Under the pieces are notes generated by a model. That model had not been told where the DNA came from. It worked only from the letters and a program-made list of their open reading frames with translations, and did not search any database. The position numbers and the translations under genes were made by a program. From the human T2T-CHM13v2.0 reference genome, Homo sapiens, in the NCBI RefSeq assembly GCF_009914755.1, contig NC_060947.1: a stretch of DNA of 64,000 bases; one strand, 5' to 3'. Position 1 is the first letter of the stretch. Every line of letters starts with the position of its first letter. Shown here piece by piece: positions 1 to 12,342 of the stretch.

Positions 1-277
1 ACCATTTTTGTACTACATTTATTTAAAAACATATTATAAAACAGTATATAAAACAATATTGCATTTTATGAAAATGTATGTGCATGCCCATACAAAGAAA
101 AAAGGACAAAGAATCATACACCAAGGGTATTTATCATTATTTGGTAGAGGGATTATAGTAACTTTTCTTTTTCATATCTTCCAAATTATCAACAGTGAAC
201 ATGAATTATTAGACTGGGGATATTAAAATATGACAAATGGAAAAATAATTTACAAAACAATTTATGAAGACTATTTA

Positions 278-1333
278 CAATTTATGACCAAGTCCTCAAA
301 AGCAATTGCAACAAAAACAAAAATTGACAAATGGGACTTCATTAAACTAAAGAGCATGTACCCAGCAAAAGAAATTATCAACAGAGTGAACAAACAAACT
401 ATAGAATGGGAGAGAATATTCACAAACTATGCATCCAAAAAACAACTAATATCCAAAATCTATAAAAAACTTAAACCAACAAGAATAAAACCATCCCATT
501 AAAAAGCAGGCAAAGATTTGAACAGATGCTTCTCAAAAGAAGATACATAAGTAGCCAACAAACATATGAAAAAATGCTGAACATCACTAATCAGAGAAAT
601 GCAAATCAAACCACAAAGAGACACCATCTCACCCCAGTCAGAACGGCTATTATTAAAAATGCAAAAAATAACAGATGCTGTCCAGGCTGCAGAGAAAAGG
701 GAATGCTTATACACTGTTGGCAGGAATGTGAATTAGTTCAGCCACTGTGGAAAGCAGTTTGGAGATTTCTCTAAAAACTTAGAACAGAGCTACCATTCAA
801 CCAAGCAATCCCATTACTGGGTATATATCCAAAAGAAAAGAAATCATTGTACAAAGAAAAAAAAATGCACTCCCATGTTCATCACAGCACTACTCATGAT
901 AGCAAAGACATGGAACCTAGGTGCCAATCAACGGTGGACTGGATTAAAAAAATGTGGTACATATACAGCATGGGATACTATGCAGCCATAAAATCAAAGA
1001 AAATCATGTCATTTGCAGCAACATGGATGCAGCTGGAGGCCATTATCCTAAGTGAATTAACACAGAAATAGAAATCCAAATATTACATGAACTCACAAGT
1101 AGGAGCTAAATCTGGCATACACAAGGAGATACAGATGGGAACAATAGACACTGGAGACTCTAAAAGGAGGGAGGAAGGGAGGAAATGGCTGAAAAACTTC
1201 CTATGGGGTACTATGTTCACTATCTGAGTGACAGGATAAATAGAAGACCAAACCTCAGCATCATGCGATATACCCTTGTAATGAACCTGTGCATATACTC
1301 CGTGAATCTAAACTAAAAATGGAAATTTGAAAA
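278..1333 (+). mobile_element. 5'-truncated old primate L1 (late ORF2 plus 3'UTR; L1PA15-17/L1PB-like)
   Basis: ORF2 C-terminal remnants ([12 protein letters not shown]; WIKKMWYIYSMGYYAAIK; WMQLEAIILSELTQ) then L1 3'UTR and A-rich end. Confidence 0.9.
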
Positions 1334-1503
1334 ATAATATTCACAAACATAAAATACAAATTACAAAAACCATAATAGGTGCAGTTTTATTTTATATCTA
1401 AGAAGCTAACACAGATAAAAAGACATGAAAAATAGTTAAAGTAATAATAGAAAATAACAACAACTGTCATGGTGAAGATTTTCCTGTAGCACAAATCACT
1501 ATA

Positions 1504-3772
1504 TGATATGGTTTGGCTGTGTCCACAGCCAAATCTCAACTTGAATTGTATCTCCCAGAATTCCCATGTGTTGTGGGAAGGACCCAGTGGGAGGTAATTG
1601 AATCACAGGGGCTGGTCTTTCCCACGCTATTCTCGTGATAGTGAATAAGTCTCAAGAGATCTGATGGGTTTATTAGGGGTTTCTGCTTTTGCTTCTTCCT
1701 GATTTTTCTCCTTCTGCTGCCACGTAAGAAGTGCCTTTTGCCTCCTGCCATGATTCTGAAGCATCCTCAGCCTATGGAACTGTAAGTCCAATTAAATCTC
1801 TTTTTCTTTCCAGTTTCGGGTATGTCTTTATCAGCAGCATGAAAACAGACGAATACAGTAAATCAGTCCCCGTAGAGTGAGGCATTGTTGAAAAGATACC
1901 CGAAAATGTGAAAGCGACTTTGGAATTGGTTAACAGGCAGAGGGTTGGAACAATTTGGAGGGCTCAGAAGAAGACAGGAAAATGTGGGAAAGTTTGGAAC
2001 CTCCTGGAGACCTGTTGAATGGCATTGACAAAAATGCTGATAGTGATATGAACAGTAAGGTCCAGGCTGAGGTGGTCTCAGATGGAGCTGAGGAACTTGT
2101 TGGGAACTCGAGTAAAGGTGACTCTTGTTATGTTTTAGCAAAGAGACTGGCAGCACTTTGGCCCTGCCCTAGAGATTTGTGGAACTTTGAACTTGAGAGA
2201 GATTATTTAAGGTATCTGGTGGAAGAAATTTCTAAACAGCAAAGCATTCAAAAGGTGACTTGGGTGCTGTTAAAAGCATTCCATTTTAAAAGGGAAACAG
2301 AGCATAAAAGTTCAGAAAATTTGCAGCTTGACGATGCAGTAGAAAACACATTTTTTGAGGAGAAATTCAAGCCTGTTGCAGAAATTTGCATAAGTAGCAA
2401 GGAACCTAATGTTAATCCCCAAGCCCATGAGGAAAATGTCTCCAGGCCACGTCAGAGACCTTCACTGCAGCCTCTCTCACCATAGGCCTAGAGGCCCAGG
2501 AGGAAAAAGTGGTTTCATGGGCCAGTCCCCCCATATTGTGTGCAGCCTAGGGACTTGGTGCCCTGTGTCCCAGCCACTCCAGCAGTGGCTGAAAGGGCCC
2601 AACATAGAGCTCAGGCTGTGGCTTCAGAGGTGCAAGCCCCAAGCCTTGGCAGCTTCCATGTGGTGTTGACCCTGTGAGTGCATAGAAGTTAAGAATTGGG
2701 GTTTGGGAACCTCTACCTAGATTTCAGAAGAAGTATGGAAATGCCTGGATGCCCAGGCAAAAGACTGCTGCAGGGGTGGGGCCCCCATGGAGAACCTCTG
2801 CTAGGGCACTGTGGAAGGGAAATGTGGGGTTGGAGGCCCCATACAGAGCCCCTATTCTGGCACTGCCTAGTGGAGCTGTGAGAAGAGGGCCACCGTCCTC
2901 CAGACCCCAGAATGATGACAGATCCACCAACAGGTTGCGCCAGGAAAAGCTGCAGACACTCAACACCAGCCTGTGAAAGCAGCCGGGAGGCAGGATATAC
3001 CCTGCAAAGCCACAAGAGTGGAGCTGCCCAAGACCATGGGAACCCACCTCTTGTATCAGTGTGACCTGGATGTGAGACCTGGAGTCAAAGGAGATCATTT
3101 TGGAGCTTTAAAATTTGACTGCCCCGCTGGAATTTGGACTTGCATGGGGCCTGTAAACCCTTTGTTTTGGCCAATTTCTCCTATTTGGAATGGCTGTATT
3201 TATCCAATACCTGGACCCCCATTGTATCTAGGAAGTTAACTAACTTGCTTTTGATTTTACAGGCTCATAGACAGATGGGACTTGCCTTGTGTCAGATGAG
3301 ACTTTGGACTGTGGACTTTTGGGTTAATGCTGAAATAAGACTTTGGGGGACTGTTGGGAAGGCATGATTGCTTTTGAAATGTGAGGACATGAGATTTGGA
3401 GGGGCCAGGGGCAGAATGATATGGTTTGGCTGTGTCCCCACTGAAATCTCAACTTGAATTGTATCTCCCAGAATTCCCATGTGTTGTGGGAGGGACCCAG
3501 GGGGAGGTAACTGAATCATGGGGGCCGGTCTTTCTTGTGCTATTCTCATGATAGTGTGTAAGTCTTACAAGATCTGATGGGTTTATCAGGGGTTTCCGCT
3601 TTTGCTTCTTCCTCATTTTTTTCTTGCCACCGCCATGTTAAGAAGTGCCTTTTGCCTCCTGCCATGATTCTGAGACCTCCCTAGCCATGTGGAACTGTGA
3701 TTCCAATTAAACCTCTTTTCCTTCTCAATTTCGGGTAGGTTTTTACTAACAGCATGAAAAGGGACTAATACA
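1504..3772 (+). mobile_element. Complete THE1A-type MaLR provirus: LTR 1504-1857, internal 1858-3416, LTR 3417-3772
   Basis: Two ~355-bp LTRs TGATATGGTTTGGCTGTGTCC...AATACA; purine tract before the 3' LTR; 5-bp target duplication CTATA at 1499-1503 and 3773-3777. Confidence 0.95.
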
Positions 3773-4159
3773 CTATAAAAGGAGAAATGGTCCTCTGAGC
3801 TACTTTTCCAAAGGAAATTTAGGATTATAGCAATGTTGAAAAGTTTTCTTAACCCTCTCTGCTGGCATCAGACTTCCCACTTTTCTGCCTGACCACATGT
3901 TCCCATTTTTAAGTAGTAGCTCTACATTTCCCCACTGAAGTTTTCCTTGTGACTACGCAAAACCATATTAGTTTTTTTGCTTCTCAGAACTCACATAACA
4001 ATCTGAGTAACACTTACGTTTACTCAAATATTTTTTTACAAAAAATTTTTTTCTAGTTAATGATATTATGTCTCCCTCCTATGAATCCCTAGAGTACACT
4101 GTTTGTTGGTACCTCTCATATTTTGCATCTTCCAGCTACTTCTGTGCTTGTTTTATCTG

Positions 4160-4270
4160 TTCAACTAGACTGTGAATCTCCTATGGTAAGGGAATATCTT
4201 ATTCATCTTTACGTACCATGAAATGCCTAGCACAATATGTTGTACTTGGTTAATAAATAGTCTTGTTCCA
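4160..4270 (+). mobile_element. L2 3'-end fragment
   Basis: ctagactgtgaatctcc...tgcctagcaca...aataaatag resembles the L2 tail. Confidence 0.55.
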
Positions 4271-4585
4271 TTAGGTGAGCAGTAAGATTATGAGCATTTC
4301 AAATCAGGTATCTCACCTTCTGCTTCTAATACTTATAGTACATAGCTTAGGTCTAGACACAGTGATGTATAATGTATACTTATTGACTCCTATTTACTGA
4401 AATAGCCTCAAGAAATATGTTGTAGAATGCATGATATCTAATGCTGGAAACAAAAAATTTGAAACAAATAAGTGAAAGAGCAGGTAAAGTAGTCCTTAAC
4501 TTTAGTCTCATAAATAAACAAAATACATTGAAAATTTATACATGAAAAAAGTTCAGTAATTGGATTTAGAATTTAGAATTCAAGG

Positions 4586-4982
4586 TGCTATGGTTTCAAT
4601 GTTTGTGTCTCCCCACAATTCATTTGTTGACATATGCAATACAAAAGTATTACCTCTTAATACCTCAAGTAGACCCACAATGCAAAAGTTATTAAGAGGT
4701 AGGGGCTTTGGAAGATGGTTAGATAACAAGAGCTCTGCCCTCATAAATGGGATTAGTGCTCTTAAAAAAGGGTTCAAGGAAGCTTTTTTATCCCCTTGCC
4801 TGTATGAGGACACACAGAAGGTGCCACTTATGAGGAAAGGGTCCTCATCAGACACTGAATCTGCTGGCACCTTGATTTTGGACTTTCCAGCCTCTAGAAT
4901 TGTGAGCAATAAATTTCTATTGTTTATTATAAGTTACCCAGTCTAAGGTATTTTTTCATAGCAGCCCAAATGGACTAAGAAA
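4586..4982 (+). mobile_element. MLT1A/MLT1A0-like solo LTR
   Basis: TGCTATGG...tgtttgtgtctcccc start, gacactgaatctgctggcaccttgattttggacttt core, gcagcccaaatggactaaga end. Confidence 0.85.
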
Positions 4983-5259
4983 GTAAAGAAAAAAAATTAA
5001 CAATAAAAAAAATGTTATGCAACCAGGTTTTCAATAAGCTAAATAAAAATTAGAATTGAAAGTCATAAAATTCCTTAACTGGAGAACTAAAACATCATGC
5101 TTGTGAAGATTTAGCCACTGAAATGTTTATAGGTAAGGGGATGGTGTGAAATGACTTACTCTATAACCATCTTTTATATAAACAAAAACTGTGAATAATA
5201 AAAAAGTAAGAAAATCTCTACAAATACAACCTTCACAACTGTAATAACTGCCCCCTTTA

Positions 5260-5403
<144 letters not shown>

Positions 5404-5669
5404 CTAAAAAGCAAAAATAAAGTATCAGACACAGCTGTTAGATCTCATTTTCATTCTTCTAACATTAAAATGCTGTTAACTTCTAAACTGAGTATCTTTT
5501 TCAAACATCATGTCTGAAAAAAATATGGCTTGTAAGGATTTAATTTTGGAACAGAATTTGAAACATATTTATGTATCATTTTCATAATTCTCATAGATAA
5601 TAACTTTTAAATATCTTTAATATTTATTAAATCCTTACTTACTATAGGTTTCTTACTATAAACTTACTA

Positions 5670-5880
5670 CAGGTTGAGTAACCATTATCTAAATTCCAAA
5701 ATACTCCAAAATCCAAAATTTAGCACCGACATGATGCTCTAAGGAAATGCTCATTGGAGCATGTTAGATTTTAGATATTCAGATTAGGGACATTCAACTA
5801 GTACACTCCAAAATCTGAAAAAATCTGAAATCCCAAACACCTCTGGTTTCAAGCATTTCAGATAAGGGATACTCAATCTG
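5670..5880. mobile_element. Tigger4/MER46-type non-autonomous DNA transposon
   Basis: Terminal inverted repeats CAGGTTGAGTA...GATAAGGGATACTCAATCTG with TA on both sides. Confidence 0.85.
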
Positions 5881-6248
5881 TATTTTTCAAAGGATACAAT
5901 TATGACTTCTTAGTTCTGAAATATGTGTATTTTGCTGTTTGAAATCAGACCATATTAAATCAATCTTGATTACTCATAATGGCTAAAAACAGCAGTTAGC
6001 ATTAATAATTAAAGATGTTACCCATTCCAATTATATTGAAGCAAGCAGTCAAACTATATATATATCAAAACATTTGAAAACAATTTTTAAAGACTCCATT
6101 AATAAAACTAGAAATTCAGAATCAAAAGTAAAATGTAAAATTATTCTTAAGTACTATTTATTTATATGTAGTATGCTATCCTAGGCATTAATGATACGCT
6201 AGATGGCTTTATATTTTAAAACTTTAAATGACCTTCAGGTCAATGTTT

Positions 6249-6562
6249 TTTTTTGTTTTTTTTTTTTTTTTTGAGATGGAGTCTCACTCTGTTGCCCAGG
6301 CTGGTGTACAGTGGTACAATCTCAGCTCACTGCAACCCCCGCCTCCTGGGTTCAAGTGATTCTCATGCCTCAGCCTCCCAAGTAGCTAGGATTACAGGCA
6401 TGCATTACTACACCTGGCTATTTTTTTTTTTTTTGTATTTTTTGTAGAAATGGGGCTTCACCATGTTGGCCAGGCTGATCTCCAACTCATGACCTCAAGC
6501 AATCCAGCCACCTTGGCTTCCCAAAGTATTGAGATTATAGGCGTGAGCCACTGTGCCCGACC
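6249..6562 (-). mobile_element. Alu (AluS/AluJb-like), full length
   Basis: Dimeric Alu with T-tract; 13-bp target duplication CAGGTCAATGTTT at 6236-6248 and 6563-6575. Confidence 0.95.
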
Positions 6563-7339
6563 CAGGTCAATGTTTCTTTGTAGATCCTAAAGTTTCAATA
6601 CTAATCCTCAAACTAATATTCATCTGAGGAAATTTTATCCTCTCACATAGAAAATACTTGTCAAAAGGGAAAAGCCCATTTGCACTTTGCCCTATAAGTG
6701 CTATGCTACATTTTGACTGAGAATGTCACAGTGATGGCCCAAAGAGGAAACACCTAAAACAAATTTTACATAGAAATTATTTTGATAACCATGACTATCC
6801 TACTTTTATGTGCATTTCTAGCCTCAAAATGTCTCAAAAATTTATTTCTCCATGTTCCTCTTAACTCCCTTTGTTCATGATAGAAAATGTACTTTGGCAT
6901 TAAAGAGATAGAAGCCACTAAGACATTGAATGTTGAACAATAGTTAAATGAGTACAACTAAAAACATGACCATAATTGGAAAAGTACCTTAATGACTGCA
7001 ATAACATGTAAGGACGTCTTTTGATTTCTACGACTATCACCTTTTTTTTTTTAACTGAGATGCAATTAGTAACCTCCTACTACAGTACCTCCGTCACCTG
7101 AACTCTGAGAAGTTAACTGTCTCAAACCTCATAGAGATGATAAAAAACCATCAAAAAAGAATTCCCTCAACCCTCTACTATCACTTCCATAAAATTTACC
7201 TGGACCCACACCTATTCTTCCCTCTAAGTCTCATCATTCTATCTATACTGCACAACTCAAAAAAAAAAAAAGAAAAAAAAAAAGAGAGAAGATGAAAGAA
7301 GAAAACTCTCTACAGGGAACAAAGAAAGACAATCAGGAC

Positions 7340-7925
7340 ACACACTTTAGACTGATCACTCTGAAGGATATGTAGAAGGCAGATTTGAAGTAGACAAGAT
7401 GAGAGGCAGGGTGACCAATTACAAGTCAGAGGTGATGAGAACCTAACTGAACAGTGAGAAAAGGCAGATCAAAGCAACTTTTAGGAAGTACATTGAAGGA
7501 CGTGAAGTTGAAGAGATGTCAGAGAGGGAAGGAAGAAGTTGCCATTGAAAGGATGTCAGAACTGTTCCCAGAAGTAGGGAACACTGGATGAGGAGCAGTT
7601 TGTGGAGGGAAGATGGTGAGTTCAGTTCTGAGTGTATTCCATTTGACAGATGTCCAGCAGGAAGCTTAGCATGTGGGCCAGACACTCCTGGGAGATACAG
7701 AAGTGTCTGTCACCAAGATTTATGCAGAATTGATATCATGAGACTACACAGAGTCATCTAGTGAGTATGCCCAAAGCAAGGCATACTGTGGGCTGAGGGA
7801 AAAATACTGAGGAGCCCTGATATTTAAGGACTGGGTAAAGGAACAAGAGCCCACTAAAGAAGTAGAGAGGAAACAGCCAGAGTCATGAGGGGAACCAAAG
7901 GGCAGTTTCATGGAAGCCAAGAGTA
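7340..7925 (-). mobile_element. Degenerate L2 fragment
   Basis: Purine-rich L2 antisense motifs (gagttcagttctga, ggagcagtttgtggagggaagatg); boundaries approximate. Confidence 0.55.
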
Positions 7926-7930
7926 CAAAC

Positions 7931-8410
7931 TTATATAATATATAATTATATAATATATTATATAATACGTATTATATATAGTATATAATATGTATTACAT
8001 ATTATATATAGTATATAATACATACTATATATAATACATAATATGTAATACGTAATACATAATATATAATACATGAAATTAATATATAATACATATAATA
8101 TATACTATATATTAATTATATAATACATATAATATATAATATATTAATTATATAATAACATAATATATAATACATTACATAATATATTATATATTAATTA
8201 CATAATATATAATATATATAACAGCATATATGAAGTATATATAATATATAAATAAGTATATATAATATATAGCATATATATCTAATATATATATTATATA
8301 TATACTATATATTATAAAGTATATATATACCAGCATATATGAAAGTATATACTAGCATATATGAAATAGAAAGTAGTATATATATATATACTAGCATATA
8401 TGAAATAGAA
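7931..8410. repeat. Complex (TA)n-rich low-complexity tract, about 480 bp
   Basis: Almost pure A/T with TATAA, TACAT and AGCATATATGAA sub-units. Confidence 0.95.
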
Positions 8411-8416
8411 AATGCT

Positions 8417-8418
8417 TG

Positions 8419-8464
<46 letters not shown>

Positions 8465-8472
8465 TGTGTCTG
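8417..8472. repeat. (TG)n microsatellite
   Basis: Direct reading of the sequence. Confidence 0.97.
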
Positions 8473-9279
8473 TTTAAAAAAAATGTTGCCAGCAGCAGTG
8501 GGGAGAGGCTGAAGATACAGGAGAGAGAGCAGGCAATAAAGGGTGGTGTGTGTGCGTGTACAAGAGCACTTGTCAAAAGGGCTGGCTTTGAACAAGGAGG
8601 GGAGCCTCCTGATTCATTCCTGGGCTGAAGTACACACGTGGTGGTGGGGCAGGAAGTCAAGGACTACTGCGCGTGGTGGACAGCCTCACTATTTTCAGCG
8701 AAGCAAGGTTGGTGGGGGAGGGGCAGCAGGTTGAGAGGAGCAGGGGATAAGCAGGGTGGGTAAAATCAGGAAGACTTGGATTAGGCACTGAGGGAAAAGG
8801 GAAAGGGGCTGTCTGAGGCCAGTGGAAGAACTGACTGGTGGTGTGTGCTGAAGGTCCAGCTGAATAACGCTGGCACCCTTGTGTCTGTGGCATGGTTAGT
8901 CTGTCTGGTTGCATGGTTTTCTTAAGCAGCCATCAGTGATCCAGATGAAGATTACAGCCTGACTCAGGAATGGGATCTTCCTCTGTGGGTGTAGTGAAAG
9001 GACATGACAACATGGGTACTGAGAGTGTCAGACAAAGAGCAATTCAGAAGATTTACTATGGGGTCTAGCACAGGGAAAAGGAAAAGGGCAGAAGGCAGAT
9101 GATAAACTGAAAAGAAACAGGGAATGAGGAATTGTACGTCTCTTAACAGACTGGGTGGGGGTAAGAGAATGAAAGAGCTGGAAGGATAGGAGCAGATTAA
9201 TGCCACTATAGATTCATGACCTTCAGACTCAACTGGGCCATTAATATTGCCCAGCAATTTGACCATGAGACAGTACACT

Positions 9280-10045
9280 CTCCAACTCCTTATGGTGATT
9301 ATTTTACATCTTTCCTTGAGCTTCTACCCATCCACATTTGCACACCCCCATTCTCAAAAGATGACCTCACCTTGTTTATAATTTAAAGAATAAATGTAAC
9401 CCATAAGATGTGAATTCCCAAATCTACAAATGCATTCACCCTCTGGTTTCAACGTGTCTCCCATCCCATCCAAGGGCAACATTTTTGCCTGTTCTCTGAA
9501 TTTTAGCCTCCCCAGCCTTTGCCTGGACCTTGATCTATCAATTATCCTCCTTCTTACTTCGTTATCTTCAACCTCTCCCTCTCTACTGGCTTCATCCCAT
9601 CAGCTGAAATATATACTAATCTTTTAAAGTAAAGAAACACCCTCTTCATCTCCACATCCCTCTTCAAAGACCAGTTCCTCTCTCTTACTCTTCACAGCTT
9701 AGCTTCCTCCAAGAGTTATCTCTATTTGCTCTCTTCACTCTTCTGCCTCCCTGGCACTCTTTGATCCACTCACAAACCTCATAGCTTACTGGGAGATACA
9801 GACAATAAACCAGTAATTGTAGGACAGTGGAGTAAGTAATATAATAGCTGCTGTACTATTTCTTCTACCCGCCCATGCTCATACTTGTCACTCTGAACTA
9901 CAGTTGCTACTTATCAGTATCTGTATTCTCCAGACCGTAAGCTATTTGAGAGCAGAGATGCTATCATAGTGACCACTATCTCCTTAGAACCCAGCAACAC
10001 TGGCTGGAAGGTAAAAGGCACTCATTGTTTGCTGAATGGCTTAAT
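9280..10045 (+). mobile_element. Degenerate L2 fragments
   Basis: Pyrimidine-rich L2-like tracts and L2 tail (gaccgtaagctatttgagagcagaga...gtttgctgaatg); boundaries approximate. Confidence 0.5.
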
Positions 10046-10747
10046 GAAAGTATTTATGCTTACACATATAACAAGTATATTTGGGGGACTTTTTTGTATA
10101 TAACGTTCATTTATTAGCAATAAAAATTGTTACAAATGAATTGACTTTATCCACTCACATATTTCTTTTACATAAGAAGCAGCTTTCAACTTAAAGAACT
10201 TTAGGAGCCTACTTTTAGCAGTGGCATACAGAACTGAAAGTCACGCCTACTGAGTAAGGTGAGTTTATCAATCACTATAAAATATGGTCAGAAGGAGAAC
10301 TGGTACCCTGGAATTTAAGAGGTCTGACTGAGGAAAAATCAGAGGCATAATGACATTCCTCTATGGAACTGGGGGTAAGGAGAAAGAAGAGGGTACTGAA
10401 ATGAACAATGGTGGTAAGTAAATACCATAACCGGGGACATGTGTGGAAATACATTCAAACCAGGCCTAACAGTGGACTTATAGTCATTGCCATAGGGTTG
10501 GCTACTGTCTTTTCCTACCAGATTTTTAAATGTATTCTCTGGGGATTCTCTTTTTCTCCCCATAACAATGTATTTTCAATTTCACAGAAATAATCATCAA
10601 AATCTAGTATTTAGTCTGATTTTCCTAAAATAAATCTGTTATATAAGATGCAACTATTTGTTCCACTGGATGGAAATCCTTAAGAAACCAATGCCATTAC
10701 ATTATTGCCATCATGTATTTTTTTAAAAACACATTTAAAAAATATGA

Positions 10748-10877
10748 CAAGCTGAGTACCCTAATCCAAAAATCCGAAATCCAAAATGCTCTAAACCCAC
10801 CCCCCGCCCCAAAAAAACCCCTAAAATCCAAGCACTTATGACCCCAAGCATTTTGGAGAAGGGATACTCAAACTTTA
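10748..10877. mobile_element. Internally deleted Tigger4/MER46-type element
   Basis: Ends caagctgagtaccctaatccaaaaatccgaaat and ttttggagaagggatactcaa match the termini of the 5670-5880 copy. Confidence 0.7.
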
Positions 10878-10972
10878 GTACATATAGCTTAATACGCTGT
10901 ATTTTGCCAGTATTGATTTATACATATTACCATGTAGATTAAGTTAGTAACAATGTTATTAGCACAGGACTG

Positions 10973-11745
10973 AATGAGGTTTCATCTCACACCTGTTAGG
11001 ATGGCTATTATTAACAAGACAAGACATAACAAGTGTTGATGAGGATACAGAAAAAAGCAGACCCTTTACACTGTTGGTTGGAATGCAAATCAAATCTATA
11101 CAAACATTACGGAAAACAGTATGGAGGTTCCACAAAAAAATTAAAAATAGAATTATCCTATGATCCACCACTCCCATGTTCAATGCAGCATTATTCATTG
11201 CAGCGAAGATTTGGAAACAACCTAAGTGTTCATCAATGGAAGAATGGGTTTTTTAAAAATGGGGTGTGTGTATGTATAAACAATGGAATATTATTCAATC
11301 TTTAAAAAAGAAGAAAGTCCTACCATTTGCAACAACATAGATGAACCTGGAGGACATTATGCTAAGTGAAAGAAGCCAGACACAAAAAGGAAAGTACTGC
11401 ATGATTGCACTTATATGTGAAATACAAAAAGCTTCAAATTCATAGAAGCAGAGAGTAAAACGGTGCTTGCCAGGAGCTAGGCAAAATGGGGAGACGTTGG
11501 TCAAAGGGTACAAACTTTCAGTTACACAAAAAGAATAAGTTTTAGAGATCTAATGTACAGTACAAGACTACAGTTAATAATATGGTATTATATATTTAAA
11601 ATTTGCTGAAAGTAGATCTTAAGTGTTCTCACCACAAAAAAAGGTAACTATGTAAAGACATATGTTAATTAGCTTGAGTGTAGTGATTAGTTCACCATGT
11701 ATATATATACCGAAACATCTTCATATATACAACTTTTATTAAAAA
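10973..11745 (+). mobile_element. Old L1 3' end (L1MA9/L1MB-like)
   Basis: catctcacacctgttaggatggctatta; atgaacctggaggacattatgctaagtgaa; gtagatcttaagtgttctcaccac. Confidence 0.85.
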
Positions 11746-11764
11746 TATATAGGACTGAATTTAC

Positions 11765-11828
11765 CTGTTGATCTGAATCTGTTTTTAGGACAGATCTATC
11801 TGTAATCAGCACTGCCCTGGAGATCTGC
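11765..11828 (-). CDS. CHM: CHM coding exon, 64 nt (exon 11)
   Basis: ttacag|GCAGATC...CAACAG|gtaaat; (R)[21 protein letters not shown]; phase 2 in, phase 0 out, matching neighbours. Confidence 0.97.
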
Positions 11829-12201
11829 CTGTAATGCACAAAACAGTGAAGCAGTAATTCTGATTCCATGGATAAGTTTCGTTTATAGTTATATAACCAC
11901 CAGAAGGCACGTTTCAAAGATTTAAGTCAGGATAAAAGTGTCACCTCCCAAAACCAAGTCAAGTTCGGCTTTAATCTTTCCTTGGCTCATGAAAGAAGAA
12001 TGCCTGACCTACAGACAAACCCCAGCTGAAGCAAAGGAGTTGAAATTATGCTAGGCTTCCCTAAAACCAGACCCTGTAAGTGAAGTAAGATATTGAATAT
12101 ATCTTTGGTTTGGCATTTATTTGCATGTTACTTGAAGAACAGAATTACACAGGAATGTCAATAAAATTACCTTCGCTTGCTAATGGGTGGAGGGGGCCTT
12201 A

Positions 12202-12342
<141 letters not shown>

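Noticed and set aside
1955-2485. 176-aa ORF (and the 180-aa ORF at 57681-58223) as new genes
   Set aside because: They are decayed MaLR internal ORF pieces between LTRs, with frameshifts and stops around them
11687-11917. 76-aa ORF as an independent protein
   Set aside because: It is CHM exon 11 read through into both flanking introns
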